Positions 17,988 to 26,573 are shown, counted from the first letter of the stretch. The stretch is DNA of 64,000 bases from Candidatus Aenigmatarchaeota archaeon (GCA_016187335.1 JACPJW010000001.1:800001-864000), one strand, 5' to 3'. A program made the numbers and translations. Notes: a model not told the origin generated them from the sequence alone.

Positions 17988-18203
17988 CTATTTCATCCCC
18001 GCCAGGATTTCCTCGGTTTCCGGGAACCTGCCTTCCTTGTGGCGCGAGAAAACAATCTTGCCGTCAACGTAGACGTCGTAGGTGCCCTTGTCGCCGCCCA
18101 CCAGCTCAACTGAAGCGCCGCTCTTTTCCATCTCTTTCTTCATCGCCTCGGCTCGTGCTATGTGCCCGCACGGGACGCAGTAGACTATTTTGACTTTGTG
18201 CAT
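17988..18203 (-). CDS. Rdx-family (SelW/SelT/SelH-like) thioredoxin-fold protein
   Basis: KIVYCVPCG, GDKGTYDVYVDGKIVFSR...RFPE. Confidence 0.85.
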   Translation of the reverse strand: MHKVKIVYCVPCGHIARAEAMKKEMEKSGASVELVGGDKGTYDVYVDGKIVFSRHKEGRFPETEEILAGMK

Positions 18204-18267
18204 TGAACCACCTAGAATAATCTGATGAAAAAGTTTAAAAGAATGTAGATGTAAGAAACAAGTTAAA

Positions 18268-18531
18268 ATGTACCGAATGATGGCTCCACGTATGCTTGGT
18301 GAATTTTCTTTAGTAACGAATGGCGAAAGAAATCCTTATGACATTGTTGATGATTGTGGGAGGTCTTTGCCATGGCTTGGATACAAAGATGACCCTGATT
18401 GCCCGTGTCCTTTTGGTGGCTCAAGAACTGTCGGTTTAACAATAAATGGAAAGAAACTTGAGGCTTATAAAGCACCAGAGACAAACGGTTTTGTTCGTGA
18501 TGGATGGGGAGATCCGGATTTTGGAGAATAA
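18268..18531 (+). CDS. Hypothetical protein (AT-rich orphan)
   Basis: 87-aa ORF. Confidence 0.45.
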   Translation: MYRMMAPRMLGEFSLVTNGERNPYDIVDDCGRSLPWLGYKDDPDCPCPFGGSRTVGLTINGKKLEAYKAPETNGFVRDGWGDPDFGE

Positions 18532-18535
18532 ATAT

Positions 18536-18994
18536 TTATCCGGTTCGCATCCTGCCGCCTTTGGCGATGCCGTGCTTCTTCACAAAGCCCCCGTTGACTT
18601 CCAGGACGTATTTTGCGGGCTTTGAAACGTAGCGCGGGCATTCAAAGCTTTCACACGGCTCGAAATTTTCTTTTATGTCGACAACCGTCCCGCCGCTGTC
18701 TGCAAAGATAAGGTCTAAAGGAATTAATGTGTTCTTCATCCAGAACGAGCGCGGTGCTTCGTCGCCGTAGATGAAAATCATACCCTGCCCTTCGGGCAAA
18801 GCCTCCCTGAACATCAGGCCCCTTGCCTGCGTTATGGGGTTGTCGGCTATTTCTGCTGTTATGGTTGTCTTGTTTTTTCCGGTTACAGTAACCTGCGTTC
18901 TGCTGTAGGGCAGAATCAGGGCAATGAAAAACAAAACTAGGAAGAAAGCAATCAGGAGCAGAAATAAAATTTTAGGTTCTGACGGGATTAGCAT
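18536..18994 (-). CDS. DUF192-family protein with N-terminal membrane anchor
   Basis: AEIADNPITQARGLMFR, FWMKNTLIPLDLIF, YVLEVNGG. Confidence 0.9.
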   Translation of the reverse strand: MLIPSEPKILFLLLIAFFLVLFFIALILPYSRTQVTVTGKNKTTITAEIADNPITQARGLMFREALPEGQGMIFIYGDEAPRSFWMKNTLIPLDLIFADSGGTVVDIKENFEPCESFECPRYVSKPAKYVLEVNGGFVKKHGIAKGGRMRTG

Positions 18995-19036
18995 GGAAAT
19001 AATTATTGATAGAAAAGAAGAAATAGTCGGTGAAGT

Positions 19037-19498
19037 TCACGCAAACCTTGTCCAGTCGTCGTCTGCTGCCTTCCTCTTTTCCGCGGGCGCAGCGAGCTTC
19101 TTCTGCATCTCGTCGAAGTATTTCTCGTCCGTCTTGAACCTGGGAAAGTGCAGTTCAATGCCGTCGCCTTGGTAGCGCGGTATGATGTGAAAATGGATGT
19201 GTTCCACTATTTGGCCCGCGATGCGGCCGTTGTTCAGCATTACGTTGGTGCCTTCGCAGTTCAGCTTTTCCTTGACGATGTCGTTGACCTTTTTTACGGC
19301 CGTGCCCAGTTTTTCCATTGTTGAAGCGTCAATGTCATGCATGCTGCCAAAGTGCTTCTTCGGCACCACAAGGACGTGCCCCGGGGAAGCGGGGTTTATG
19401 TCAAGGAAAGCTATGTTGTTCTCGTCCTCGTAGACCCTTTTTGAGGGTATCTCGTTCCTTACTATCTTGCAGAAGATGCATTCCTGTGCGGTTACCAT
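19037..19498 (-). CDS. HIT-family hydrolase
   Basis: CIFCKIV, FLDINPASPGHVLVVPKKH, GQIVEHIHFHIIPR. Confidence 0.95.
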   Translation of the reverse strand: MVTAQECIFCKIVRNEIPSKRVYEDENNIAFLDINPASPGHVLVVPKKHFGSMHDIDASTMEKLGTAVKKVNDIVKEKLNCEGTNVMLNNGRIAGQIVEHIHFHIIPRYQGDGIELHFPRFKTDEKYFDEMQKKLAAPAEKRKAADDDWTRFA

Positions 19499-19537
19499 GA
19501 TTATCTATCCTTTGGTTGCATTAATCTAATAATTTAT

Positions 19538-19924
19538 TTAAATCATCACGGTTTCCTTCAAATTTTTGAAATGAGGGTCTCCTGTGACTACCTTTGCCTT
19601 TAATTTCCTCGCAATTGCAAGAACAAAGGCATCAATAAGGACGAAATTCTTCTTCTCTTTTTTTATTTCTGCATGAAGAGATCCAGATTCGGCGCAAATA
19701 TCCTTATCGATATCAAATATTTTTGATAGAAGAGGAATGGTATTGAGGGCCTGTTCGTGGTCGCGATCACGCCGTTTAATAACGCTAACAATCTCTGCCA
19801 TTGTTATCGATGCTGTATAAATTTTGTTTTCCTTATTTTCAACCAGTTTTTTGACATCTTCTCCCTTGGGTGTTCCGTCAAAATATTCCAGCCAAGCGTA
19901 CGCGTCTATTACGTATTTACTCAT
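19538..19924 (-). CDS. vapC: PIN-domain toxin (VapC)
   Basis: YVIDAYAW...EIV...LIDAFVLAIA...VTGDPHF. Confidence 0.9.
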   Translation of the reverse strand: MSKYVIDAYAWLEYFDGTPKGEDVKKLVENKENKIYTASITMAEIVSVIKRRDRDHEQALNTIPLLSKIFDIDKDICAESGSLHAEIKKEKKNFVLIDAFVLAIARKLKAKVVTGDPHFKNLKETVMI

Positions 19925-20117
19925 GCGTATCCAGCTCGTCTTCGGCAGTAAAGGGCCCTATTCCTTTAAGGATTCCGAAACCGCTTACCGGGACTTTCTT
20001 TATTTCTATTTTTACAATCTGACCTTCCCGGATGTTTTCTTCCTTGGCCAAGTCCTTAGGTATCCTGACTACCAGAGAACCACCTACTTTCTTAACCCTT
20101 GATATTGTTTCCATCAA
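19917..20117 (-). CDS. vapB: AbrB/MazE-fold antitoxin (VapB)
   Basis: RVKKVGGSLVVRIPKDLAKEENIREGQIV; overlaps the vapC start. Confidence 0.9.
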   Translation of the reverse strand: MMETISRVKKVGGSLVVRIPKDLAKEENIREGQIVKIEIKKVPVSGFGILKGIGPFTAEDELDTHE

Positions 20118-20122
20118 ATCAC

Positions 20123-20298
20123 CTTGTTATCCGAGAATACGTTGAAAACTGCTGTCTTCAGACAGCAGATGAAACACAACGTATTCTGGATAACATCTTC
20201 AAAAACCAGAGGTTTTTGAGATCTCAAAGAGCTTTGCTCTTTGCAGATGCACATAAAACCCACGACTTTAGTCGTGGGTTCATATTAGAGCATGTTAT
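20123..20298 (+). mobile_element. Non-autonomous palindromic element, copy B, with a 52-nt nested insertion
   Basis: Reverse-complement match to 16901-17016, interrupted by 20197-20248; hairpin at 20257-20280. Confidence 0.7.
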
Positions 20299-20355
20299 AT
20301 TTCAAGTTAACAAAATATAACATAGAATTATATTTAAAGCTTTCTGGATTGCACA

Positions 20356-20670
20356 TTAAAAAACAAGTATCGGCGCTATTATGACAGCGGTGACTAAAAT
20401 GAAGAATATCATGAGCAGGTAGTTGACGTCCCTCACGAAGCCGAAATGCTCCTCGCCTATCTTTCCTGCAAGCTCTGCAATGAATATCGCCAGCGGCACG
20501 AAGCTGTAGATGGTGAAGCCGAATACATACATGTCGGCGTAAAGCCCGTACGAAGCCGAAGGAATGAAGAAGAAGAATATGTCCACGAGCAGGAACACGA
20601 AGTAAGCCGTGAATATGTATAAATAGAGTCTCGGCATGCCCAGCAGCTTTTCAGTCAGGCCTTCAAACAT
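20356..20670 (-). CDS. Small membrane protein
   Basis: 104 aa with three hydrophobic segments. Confidence 0.7.
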   Translation of the reverse strand: MFEGLTEKLLGMPRLYLYIFTAYFVFLLVDIFFFFIPSASYGLYADMYVFGFTIYSFVPLAIFIAELAGKIGEEHFGFVRDVNYLLMIFFILVTAVIIAPILVF

Positions 20671-20717
20671 GATATTAATTTGGCGGGGCGGTTTTAATAT
20701 GTTTAAGGTTTGCGGCC

Positions 20718-21281
20718 TTGCATATCGTCATGCCAAGGCTTGTCGGACTCAGCGGCTATCCGGGAACGGGAAAAAGCCGGGTTGCGGAATATTTGGTTAG
20801 AAACGGCTTTGTGAGGGTTTCCACTGATGAAATGCGCCGGATGCTTTTCGGAAAAGAATGGCCGGAGCTTACTGAAGAAGAAAATATGACAGCATGGATG
20901 GAATGCTACCGCACGAAGCTTAACCTATTGGCTGCTGGTTATAATGTCGTGTTTGATTCAACCGCGCCCACAAATGAAGCAAGAGCCAGTTGGGTTCTGG
21001 GAACAGAAGGACTGCTTTCGGATATTAATGTTGGCAAGTATCTTGTTGTATTGCATACGGACAGGGAGATATTACAAAGAAGGGAAAAGAGGGGAAGAGA
21101 AATGAAATTCTGGGATGAAAAATGGGAAGACCCTTCGCCTGATCTTCCAGCTATTGTCCTGCCTTACATGAGCAACGATGCCTGGGATTATAGAATAATC
21201 TTGCGCGATCTGGAATGGAAGCTCGGGTTGAAAAGTAAAAGTGGGGCCACGAGGAATTTCGGAACTTTCCCTTTTGATTGA
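20718..21281 (+). CDS. P-loop kinase (AAA_33-like)
   Basis: GLSGYPGTGKS, STDEMR, VVFDST. Confidence 0.75.
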   Translation: MHIVMPRLVGLSGYPGTGKSRVAEYLVRNGFVRVSTDEMRRMLFGKEWPELTEEENMTAWMECYRTKLNLLAAGYNVVFDSTAPTNEARASWVLGTEGLLSDINVGKYLVVLHTDREILQRREKRGREMKFWDEKWEDPSPDLPAIVLPYMSNDAWDYRIILRDLEWKLGLKSKSGATRNFGTFPFD

Positions 21282-21487
21282 ACTTTTTGGAAAAGTTCAT
21301 TCGAACCCCGATCAGCGCGTTTCTCCTGTCATCTCGGAATCAAAGCTCCAGTTTTGGTTCTTTCCGTGCACGCTTTCGAAACAGCTGGACGCACGAAGTG
21401 CGTCATTCGACTTCGAAAGGGTGCGCTGGAGCGCGCCATCATAACCATACCCTTTTCCGTTTTGATGGAACTTTTTTGAAAAGTTCC
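21272..21487. ncRNA. Candidate structured non-coding element bracketed by two hairpin+ATCAAAA motifs
   Basis: Nested stems AGCGCG/CGCGCC, GCTCCAG/CTGGAGC, GTGCACGCTTTCGAA/TTCGAAAGGGTGCGC and GACGCAC-GAA-GTGCGTC; motif copies at 21272-21298 and 21460-21487. Confidence 0.45.
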
Positions 21488-21668
21488 AAAGGGTTGCCTG
21501 GTTAGACCATAGCCCCGGATAAGATTTCTTTACGTAGACGCTTTCTTTTAAAGAAAGGGTCTGGGGATAAAAAGATTTGCCGCGCTTGAATTTCTTTTCT
21601 GCTCAAATATTGCAGATGACAAAGCTTTATATAATAATTACTCTATAGTAGTTAAATAGGTAATAATC

Positions 21669-22265
21669 ATGCTCAATAAATCCCAAGGAGGGTCTTATAT
21701 CTCCAATGCAGGCGGCTTTTTATCAGCATTTCTGGGCGATGCAGGTCTCTATCTTCACGGCATCTTGCACCCAAGGGAATACCTGCGCCGGATTATGAGA
21801 GACCCTCTTACAGAAGCTTACAACCGGATGGCTTACAACCGTTTTCTTAATCTCCAGTTCGGGCATGCCGTCCGAACCGGTGAGCCGTTTTCCGCCGTGG
21901 TTGTTGATCTGACATTGAAACCTGTGAACGACGCTTACGGGCATCCTATGGGTGACGGCGTGCTAAAGTACGTTACAGAGGTGCTTTTCAGCTACGGTGA
22001 TACATTTAGGACAGGCGGCGACGAGTTCGCGCTTCTGCTTCCTGGCGTGCCTAAAGCAGAAGCTGATAGGTACGCGGCGGAGATTCTGTCTTTGAACGGA
22101 AAAGAAAACGTGATTGACGGCAAAGCATTATCATTCAATCTTTCAGCAGGCGTGGCCTCGTTCCCTGAGGACAAGCCTAGAACTGCGTCAGAGCTTATCT
22201 CCATTGCTGACCAAAGGCTTTACCAGCACAAAAGGCAGAATGGCAACGGCAGAAACGCCACCTGA
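21669..22265 (+). CDS. GGDEF-domain (diguanylate cyclase-like) protein
   Basis: RDPLTEAYNR, VVVDL..KPVNDAYGHPMGDGVL, FRTGGDEF, SAGVASFP, ADQRLYQHK. Confidence 0.88.
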   Translation: MLNKSQGGSYISNAGGFLSAFLGDAGLYLHGILHPREYLRRIMRDPLTEAYNRMAYNRFLNLQFGHAVRTGEPFSAVVVDLTLKPVNDAYGHPMGDGVLKYVTEVLFSYGDTFRTGGDEFALLLPGVPKAEADRYAAEILSLNGKENVIDGKALSFNLSAGVASFPEDKPRTASELISIADQRLYQHKRQNGNGRNAT

Positions 22266-22301
22266 AGCCTTTTTATACCTTCTATATAAAGCTTTCGGTT
22301 T

Positions 22302-22736
22302 TTGGCAACACTTAAAAAGCTTTCTCGGGAAGTAAGGAGCGTCTGGTGTGGGATAAAATCCCGCATCTTGCAAAAAGGGGTGTTACAAGAAATGAAGATG
22401 GAAAAAGTTGGGGAACTGGCATTCCTTGCCTGCGTCGTCATAGCAGTGCTGGCCGGTCTGGTCGCTGCGACCTCACCTTGGGTTCTGGTACTGTTGGTCG
22501 TTCTCGGGCTTGTTGTCGGCTTCCTTAACGTCTCTGAGAAGGAGACTACACCTTTCCTGGTTGCAGCTGCTGCCCTTATAATCGCGGGTACGGCAAGTTT
22601 CGGCCCTATTGACAGTGTGGTTCCGGGTCTCGGTTCCGCATTGAACAATATCCTGAACTATGTCGCCGTGTTCGTCGCTCCGGCAGCGGTCCTCGTGGCC
22701 ATGAAGGCAGTGTACGCTCTTGCTTCAAAGAAGTAA
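22302..22736 (+). CDS. Conserved-looking membrane protein (start probably 22392, MKMEK)
   Basis: Four hydrophobic helices; GC-rich core-type codon usage. Confidence 0.7.
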   Translation: MATLKKLSREVRSVWCGIKSRILQKGVLQEMKMEKVGELAFLACVVIAVLAGLVAATSPWVLVLLVVLGLVVGFLNVSEKETTPFLVAAAALIIAGTASFGPIDSVVPGLGSALNNILNYVAVFVAPAAVLVAMKAVYALASKK

Positions 22737-22789
22737 AACGGCACAAACCATTATAAACAGGGGATGATGACCGAGCATAGGGCTCAGAG

Positions 22790-22810
22790 TCGACCTTGGT
22801 CGATTTTTTT
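22790..22810 (+). terminator. Hairpin plus T-tract terminator candidate
   Basis: TCGACC-TT-GGTCGA followed by T7, downstream of 22302-22736. Confidence 0.5.
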
Positions 22811-22876
22811 CTTTCTTAATCAAACTTCTTTGGAAAATTTTCTTTCTGTGACGGAGGATAAGCCACACCCATTCCG

Positions 22877-23773
22877 CTAAAACGCCGGGAAACGCAGGGT
22901 ATACGCCTTGTTTTGCTGCAAGTAGCCGTTGAGTTCAGGCAGGTGCGCCCTGAAATGCGCGATATCATGGTCAGTGACGGGCACGACTTGGGTTCTCACG
23001 TATTGCCTGAAACCGTCTGAGGTCCCGATCCTGTCGGCGTATTTCTTGGCAAGCCAGTTTCCTGTCGCAAGAAACAGGAAATAAAATATGTCTTCTATCA
23101 CTTTTGCGGGATGTTTTTTGTTAACGAAGGCCACTAACCTGCCCTCCAGCGGGTCGTGCGCCAGCATTACCGGCTGTTTCCTTTTTTCTGACCTGTAGAA
23201 ATTCACTAATAACTCGTAATTCCCGCGCGCCTGCTGCTCGACGCCGATTCTTATCTTTTCAATCCAATCCTTGACGTCTTCCGGCCAGCGTTCGGAGTCC
23301 TTGTCATATTCTTCGGCTTCCTCGTGTTTTCCAAAGGACCTCAGCACATGCAGCTGGCAGTAATGGTCAACGGCTTCGACTTTCCCGCGTGGTATTATGC
23401 AGTCTTTCGCTGCGATATGAGGGAAAATGAGCGTCCGAAACCCCCTGTCGTGCCTGAGCCGGCTTCTGTATATCCATTCCGGATCAAAAACCACTTCTTC
23501 TCCCATGTTATCGCCGCCAGCGATTCGAAAGTATAAATGGCCTGACTCCGCCGCCAAGTGCTGCAAGATTTCCGTCTCGGAGAGGTCTCTTGATTTTTCA
23601 TAGACTATGATAATCGTGCCAGCAACGGTTTGGGAAAGAGGCTGAAGTCCGTGCTCCTTCGCCTCTTCGCGGCTAAACATTTCCACAGGGGGCCTTATCG
23701 CGCTTAGGTCGAACAGTTCTGCCAGCAGTCCGGAAACCTCGTCCCGCATTTTTTCAACATATTGTCTTTCCAT
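22877..23773 (-). CDS. Hypothetical protein with a degenerate zincin-like motif
   Basis: 298 aa; HLAAESGH resembles HExxH with the first His lost. Confidence 0.6.
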   Translation of the reverse strand: MERQYVEKMRDEVSGLLAELFDLSAIRPPVEMFSREEAKEHGLQPLSQTVAGTIIIVYEKSRDLSETEILQHLAAESGHLYFRIAGGDNMGEEVVFDPEWIYRSRLRHDRGFRTLIFPHIAAKDCIIPRGKVEAVDHYCQLHVLRSFGKHEEAEEYDKDSERWPEDVKDWIEKIRIGVEQQARGNYELLVNFYRSEKRKQPVMLAHDPLEGRLVAFVNKKHPAKVIEDIFYFLFLATGNWLAKKYADRIGTSDGFRQYVRTQVVPVTDHDIAHFRAHLPELNGYLQQNKAYTLRFPAF

Positions 23774-23806
23774 AGATGCCCAATAGGAACGGGAAAATTT
23801 AAGAAA

Positions 23807-25015
23807 TCATTTCTCCGCCCGTTTTCCGGGATTCGCTTTCCTGCTAAGCAGCGCCGTGGCGACTGAAGTGTAGAGCACCGTAGCCAGAATGACAACGAAG
23901 ATGGCGTTGGCGTAGAAGTCGGCGTTGGGCAGCCCGTAAGCCTTCGGCAGCTGCGCCAGCACGGCAGCGGCAAGCCCCCGCGGCACCATGACGCGCATGA
24001 TGTTCTTCTCGTAGCTGCTCAGTGCCATGCCGAATGACGATACCTCCACCAGGATGAGGCGCACCATTATTAATATAAGGGCTATCGCAACGCCGTAAAT
24101 GGCGATGCTCTCGTTGTAGTAGAATATCAGCCCCATGTAGACAAAGAAGAACGAGCGGATGAAGAAGGATATCTCGGCCTGGAAGTGCTTCATGAGGTTC
24201 GGGGTGCCGAGCCTCTTCTCAAATTTGAGCATCCTTGAGAACGCCGTGCCGTTTCCGAGCACGAGGCCGAAGAACAAGGCGGCTATGGCTCCCGAGCCGC
24301 TGACGGATTCAACGAAAGCGTACAGCAGGAACAAAACAGCCAGCGTCAGCATGTAGTCAAACGGCTTTCCCTTCAGCTTGTTCAGGGCGAAAAGCCACGC
24401 AATGCCGGCAAACAGGCCGATGACGGCGCCTATGGAAAATGCTGACAGGACGCCGCTCAGCGCGGAATACTGGCTGTTCGACTGTATCATTATGTTTATT
24501 ATGGCTATGGAAACGACAACGACCAGGGGGTCGGTGAATATTGATTCAAGGTTGATGACTGTCCTCACGTTCCTGCTGATTTTCATCCTGCCTGCCAGCG
24601 ATACGACTATGGGCGAGGACGTGCCGCCGACCATCACGCCGAGGAGCAGCGAAGGCAGCAGAGGCCATCCCAGGTAGAAATAAAGGAACGCCCCGACAGC
24701 AACGGCTTCTATTGCTACTCCTAAGACCGCAAGGATGATGCTTCGCGAAAATCCGCGGACCATCTCGTAGAAGTCCATGTTCAGGCCCGCGTCAAAAAGG
24801 ATTATGAGCAATGCAAGCGCGGCGAGGAACGGCGTTATGAAAAGGAAGATTGAGCGGTCGACAAGGTTGAACACGGGCCCGACGAGGATGCCGAAAAGCA
24901 CGAGCCATACTATGTCCGGCACGCGCGTCTTGTGGAATATCAGGGAGCCGATGTAGCCGATGACGATGGTGATGCCGAAAAGGGCGAGCAGCGAGAAGGC
25001 GCTTATTTCGGGCAT
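23807..25015 (-). CDS. Cation:proton antiporter (NhaP/CPA1-like)
   Basis: About 12 TM helices; ILFDAGL, GGTSS, NLESIFTD, PRGLAAAVLA. Confidence 0.9.
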   Translation of the reverse strand: MPEISAFSLLALFGITIVIGYIGSLIFHKTRVPDIVWLVLFGILVGPVFNLVDRSIFLFITPFLAALALLIILFDAGLNMDFYEMVRGFSRSIILAVLGVAIEAVAVGAFLYFYLGWPLLPSLLLGVMVGGTSSPIVVSLAGRMKISRNVRTVINLESIFTDPLVVVVSIAIINIMIQSNSQYSALSGVLSAFSIGAVIGLFAGIAWLFALNKLKGKPFDYMLTLAVLFLLYAFVESVSGSGAIAALFFGLVLGNGTAFSRMLKFEKRLGTPNLMKHFQAEISFFIRSFFFVYMGLIFYYNESIAIYGVAIALILIMVRLILVEVSSFGMALSSYEKNIMRVMVPRGLAAAVLAQLPKAYGLPNADFYANAIFVVILATVLYTSVATALLSRKANPGKRAEK

Positions 25016-25068
25016 GAATAACTTTGTTCCGGCGGCTTATAAAATTAATCTGCGGTTTTGTTTCTTCC

Positions 25069-25386
25069 CTATTGCCGCGTGCCTTGCTCTTTGCCGTCAG
25101 CTTCTCTCTGATTTCTGAGATTCTGGAAATCTTTTCTCGAGCTGTAATACCTTATCATTCTTACGTTCGGGTCCTCCCTGCCTGCATAACCTGCAAGGAG
25201 TTCATCCAGCTTAAAGCCGGTAGCCAGCGAAACCTCTTCTATGCTTAGGGTATACCATTTTTTCTGGCCTGAAAGCTGTACGAATTCCCTTTGCCCGTCT
25301 ATCGAGTATCTCAGCCTCACGCGGACGGCGTAGTATTTCCTCTCGCCGCCGCCGGCATCAGCAGGCCTTTCCTTGGATGCGGTCAT
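25069..25386 (-). CDS. Hypothetical protein
   Basis: 105-aa ORF. Confidence 0.45.
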   Translation of the reverse strand: MTASKERPADAGGGERKYYAVRVRLRYSIDGQREFVQLSGQKKWYTLSIEEVSLATGFKLDELLAGYAGREDPNVRMIRYYSSRKDFQNLRNQREADGKEQGTRQ

Positions 25387-25425
25387 ATATACCTTATAGG
25401 GATAAGGCAGAATAAGATTAAAGCC

Positions 25426-25812
25426 TTAGAGAAATGCGTCAGTCTCCGGACTTTGCCGTGGTTTTTGTCCGCTAATGCTTTGCAGCCGCAGAATCTGTGA
25501 GGCGTAAGCCGACGGGTTTATAGATAAAATAAACACTGCCTGGCGTGTACTATTCGGCTCGCCTTCGCAAAAGAATTCCCCTCTTAAATGATTGCCTTCC
25601 CTTCTCAGGGTTAATGAATAAGGTTCTTTTCTTGTTTTGATTTCCGCCATTCTCGGGTCTTCAAAAAGCCCGACATATCTTTCTAAATCCCTGCTTTCCC
25701 ACAAGGATTCCAATGCCCGGTATGCTTCGGAGCTTACTAGGGTAACATTAAACCATGCGTCAAACACGCCCGGAATTTTCCCGACTATGTGTTCAGAAAA
25801 TGCGTACACCAT
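25426..25812 (-). CDS. Hypothetical protein (AT-rich orphan)
   Basis: 128-aa ORF. Confidence 0.5.
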   Translation of the reverse strand: MVYAFSEHIVGKIPGVFDAWFNVTLVSSEAYRALESLWESRDLERYVGLFEDPRMAEIKTRKEPYSLTLRREGNHLRGEFFCEGEPNSTRQAVFILSINPSAYASQILRLQSISGQKPRQSPETDAFL

Positions 25813-25886
25813 GACTTAACAGAAAGCCACAATCCTTTTAAGCTTTTTATTTTTCACTACTTTGAGGTTATTGCATAAAAAGCCGT

Positions 25887-26573
25887 TCACATCCACTCCC
25901 TGCTCCGCGGCGTCTCTTCGTAGCAGCGCTCCCTATATTCACACAATCTGCACATCCACAGCGTCTTGCGGTCGCCGCGCGCTTCCGGTTCGGGCGTGCC
26001 CCCTTCCTTTATGCTTTTATGCAGGGCGCGGAATCTTTCTAGAATCTGCTTCGCCTTTTCTTCGTCATAAGCAATGGGAAAGACCTTGCTCTTCAGGTTC
26101 CTCTTGTCCAGATAAAGCAGTATTCCGTCGTGTATGCCCAGGACGTGCATGTACAATTGCAGCTGCACGACGTTGTGCGGCGCGGCTTCCTCAATGAAGT
26201 CTATATTGCCTGTTGATTTCACTTCCACAAGCACGTTTTTGCCGCTGATTTTTACCAGAATCAAATTGTCAATCCTTCCGGAAATGACGAAGTCATCCAC
26301 CTCGTGCTTGAACGGGAACTCGCTCTTGAGCAGCTCAACGTCCGGATTCTTCTCGCTTCTGAGCACCTCAACGACGAAGTCGTGCAGGATGTTGCCGACT
26401 TCAAAGATCTTGAGCAGCTCCGGCTGGATTTCCTGCGGGTGCATGTAGGAATAGTAAACCTTCCGGAGGCACATGCCTATCTCCGAGGGATAATACCTGC
26501 CCACGCCTTTGGGATAGTTCTCCCGCTTCAGGTGGTTGTCAATCATCTTGTTGAAATCTATCATTGACATCAC
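25887..26573 (-). CDS. Solo Cas4-like PD-(D/E)xK nuclease with four Cys
   Basis: YYPSEIGMCLRKVYY, G..LH, ISGRIDNL, VEVKS, QLQLY, MCRLCEYRERC. Confidence 0.85.
   Translation of the reverse strand: MMSMIDFNKMIDNHLKRENYPKGVGRYYPSEIGMCLRKVYYSYMHPQEIQPELLKIFEVGNILHDFVVEVLRSEKNPDVELLKSEFPFKHEVDDFVISGRIDNLILVKISGKNVLVEVKSTGNIDFIEEAAPHNVVQLQLYMHVLGIHDGILLYLDKRNLKSKVFPIAYDEEKAKQILERFRALHKSIKEGGTPEPEARGDRKTLWMCRLCEYRERCYEETPRSREWM

Noticed and set aside
17988-18203. Selenoprotein (SelW-like with UGA)
   Set aside because: The motif is CxxC with ordinary Cys codons and there is no in-frame TGA
21295-21460. tRNA or intron-containing tRNA (GGGGTTCGAAT on the minus strand)
   Set aside because: The T-loop-like motif lacks its closing stem and no acceptor stem or D-arm can be built
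22762-22805. C/D-box sRNA or riboswitch (ATGATGA…)
   Set aside because: No CTGA D or D' boxes at suitable spacing, and no match to riboswitch consensus sequences I know; only the terminator-like hairpin is kept
25887-26573. CRISPR-Cas system
   Set aside because: A single Cas4-like gene with no other cas genes and no array in the window
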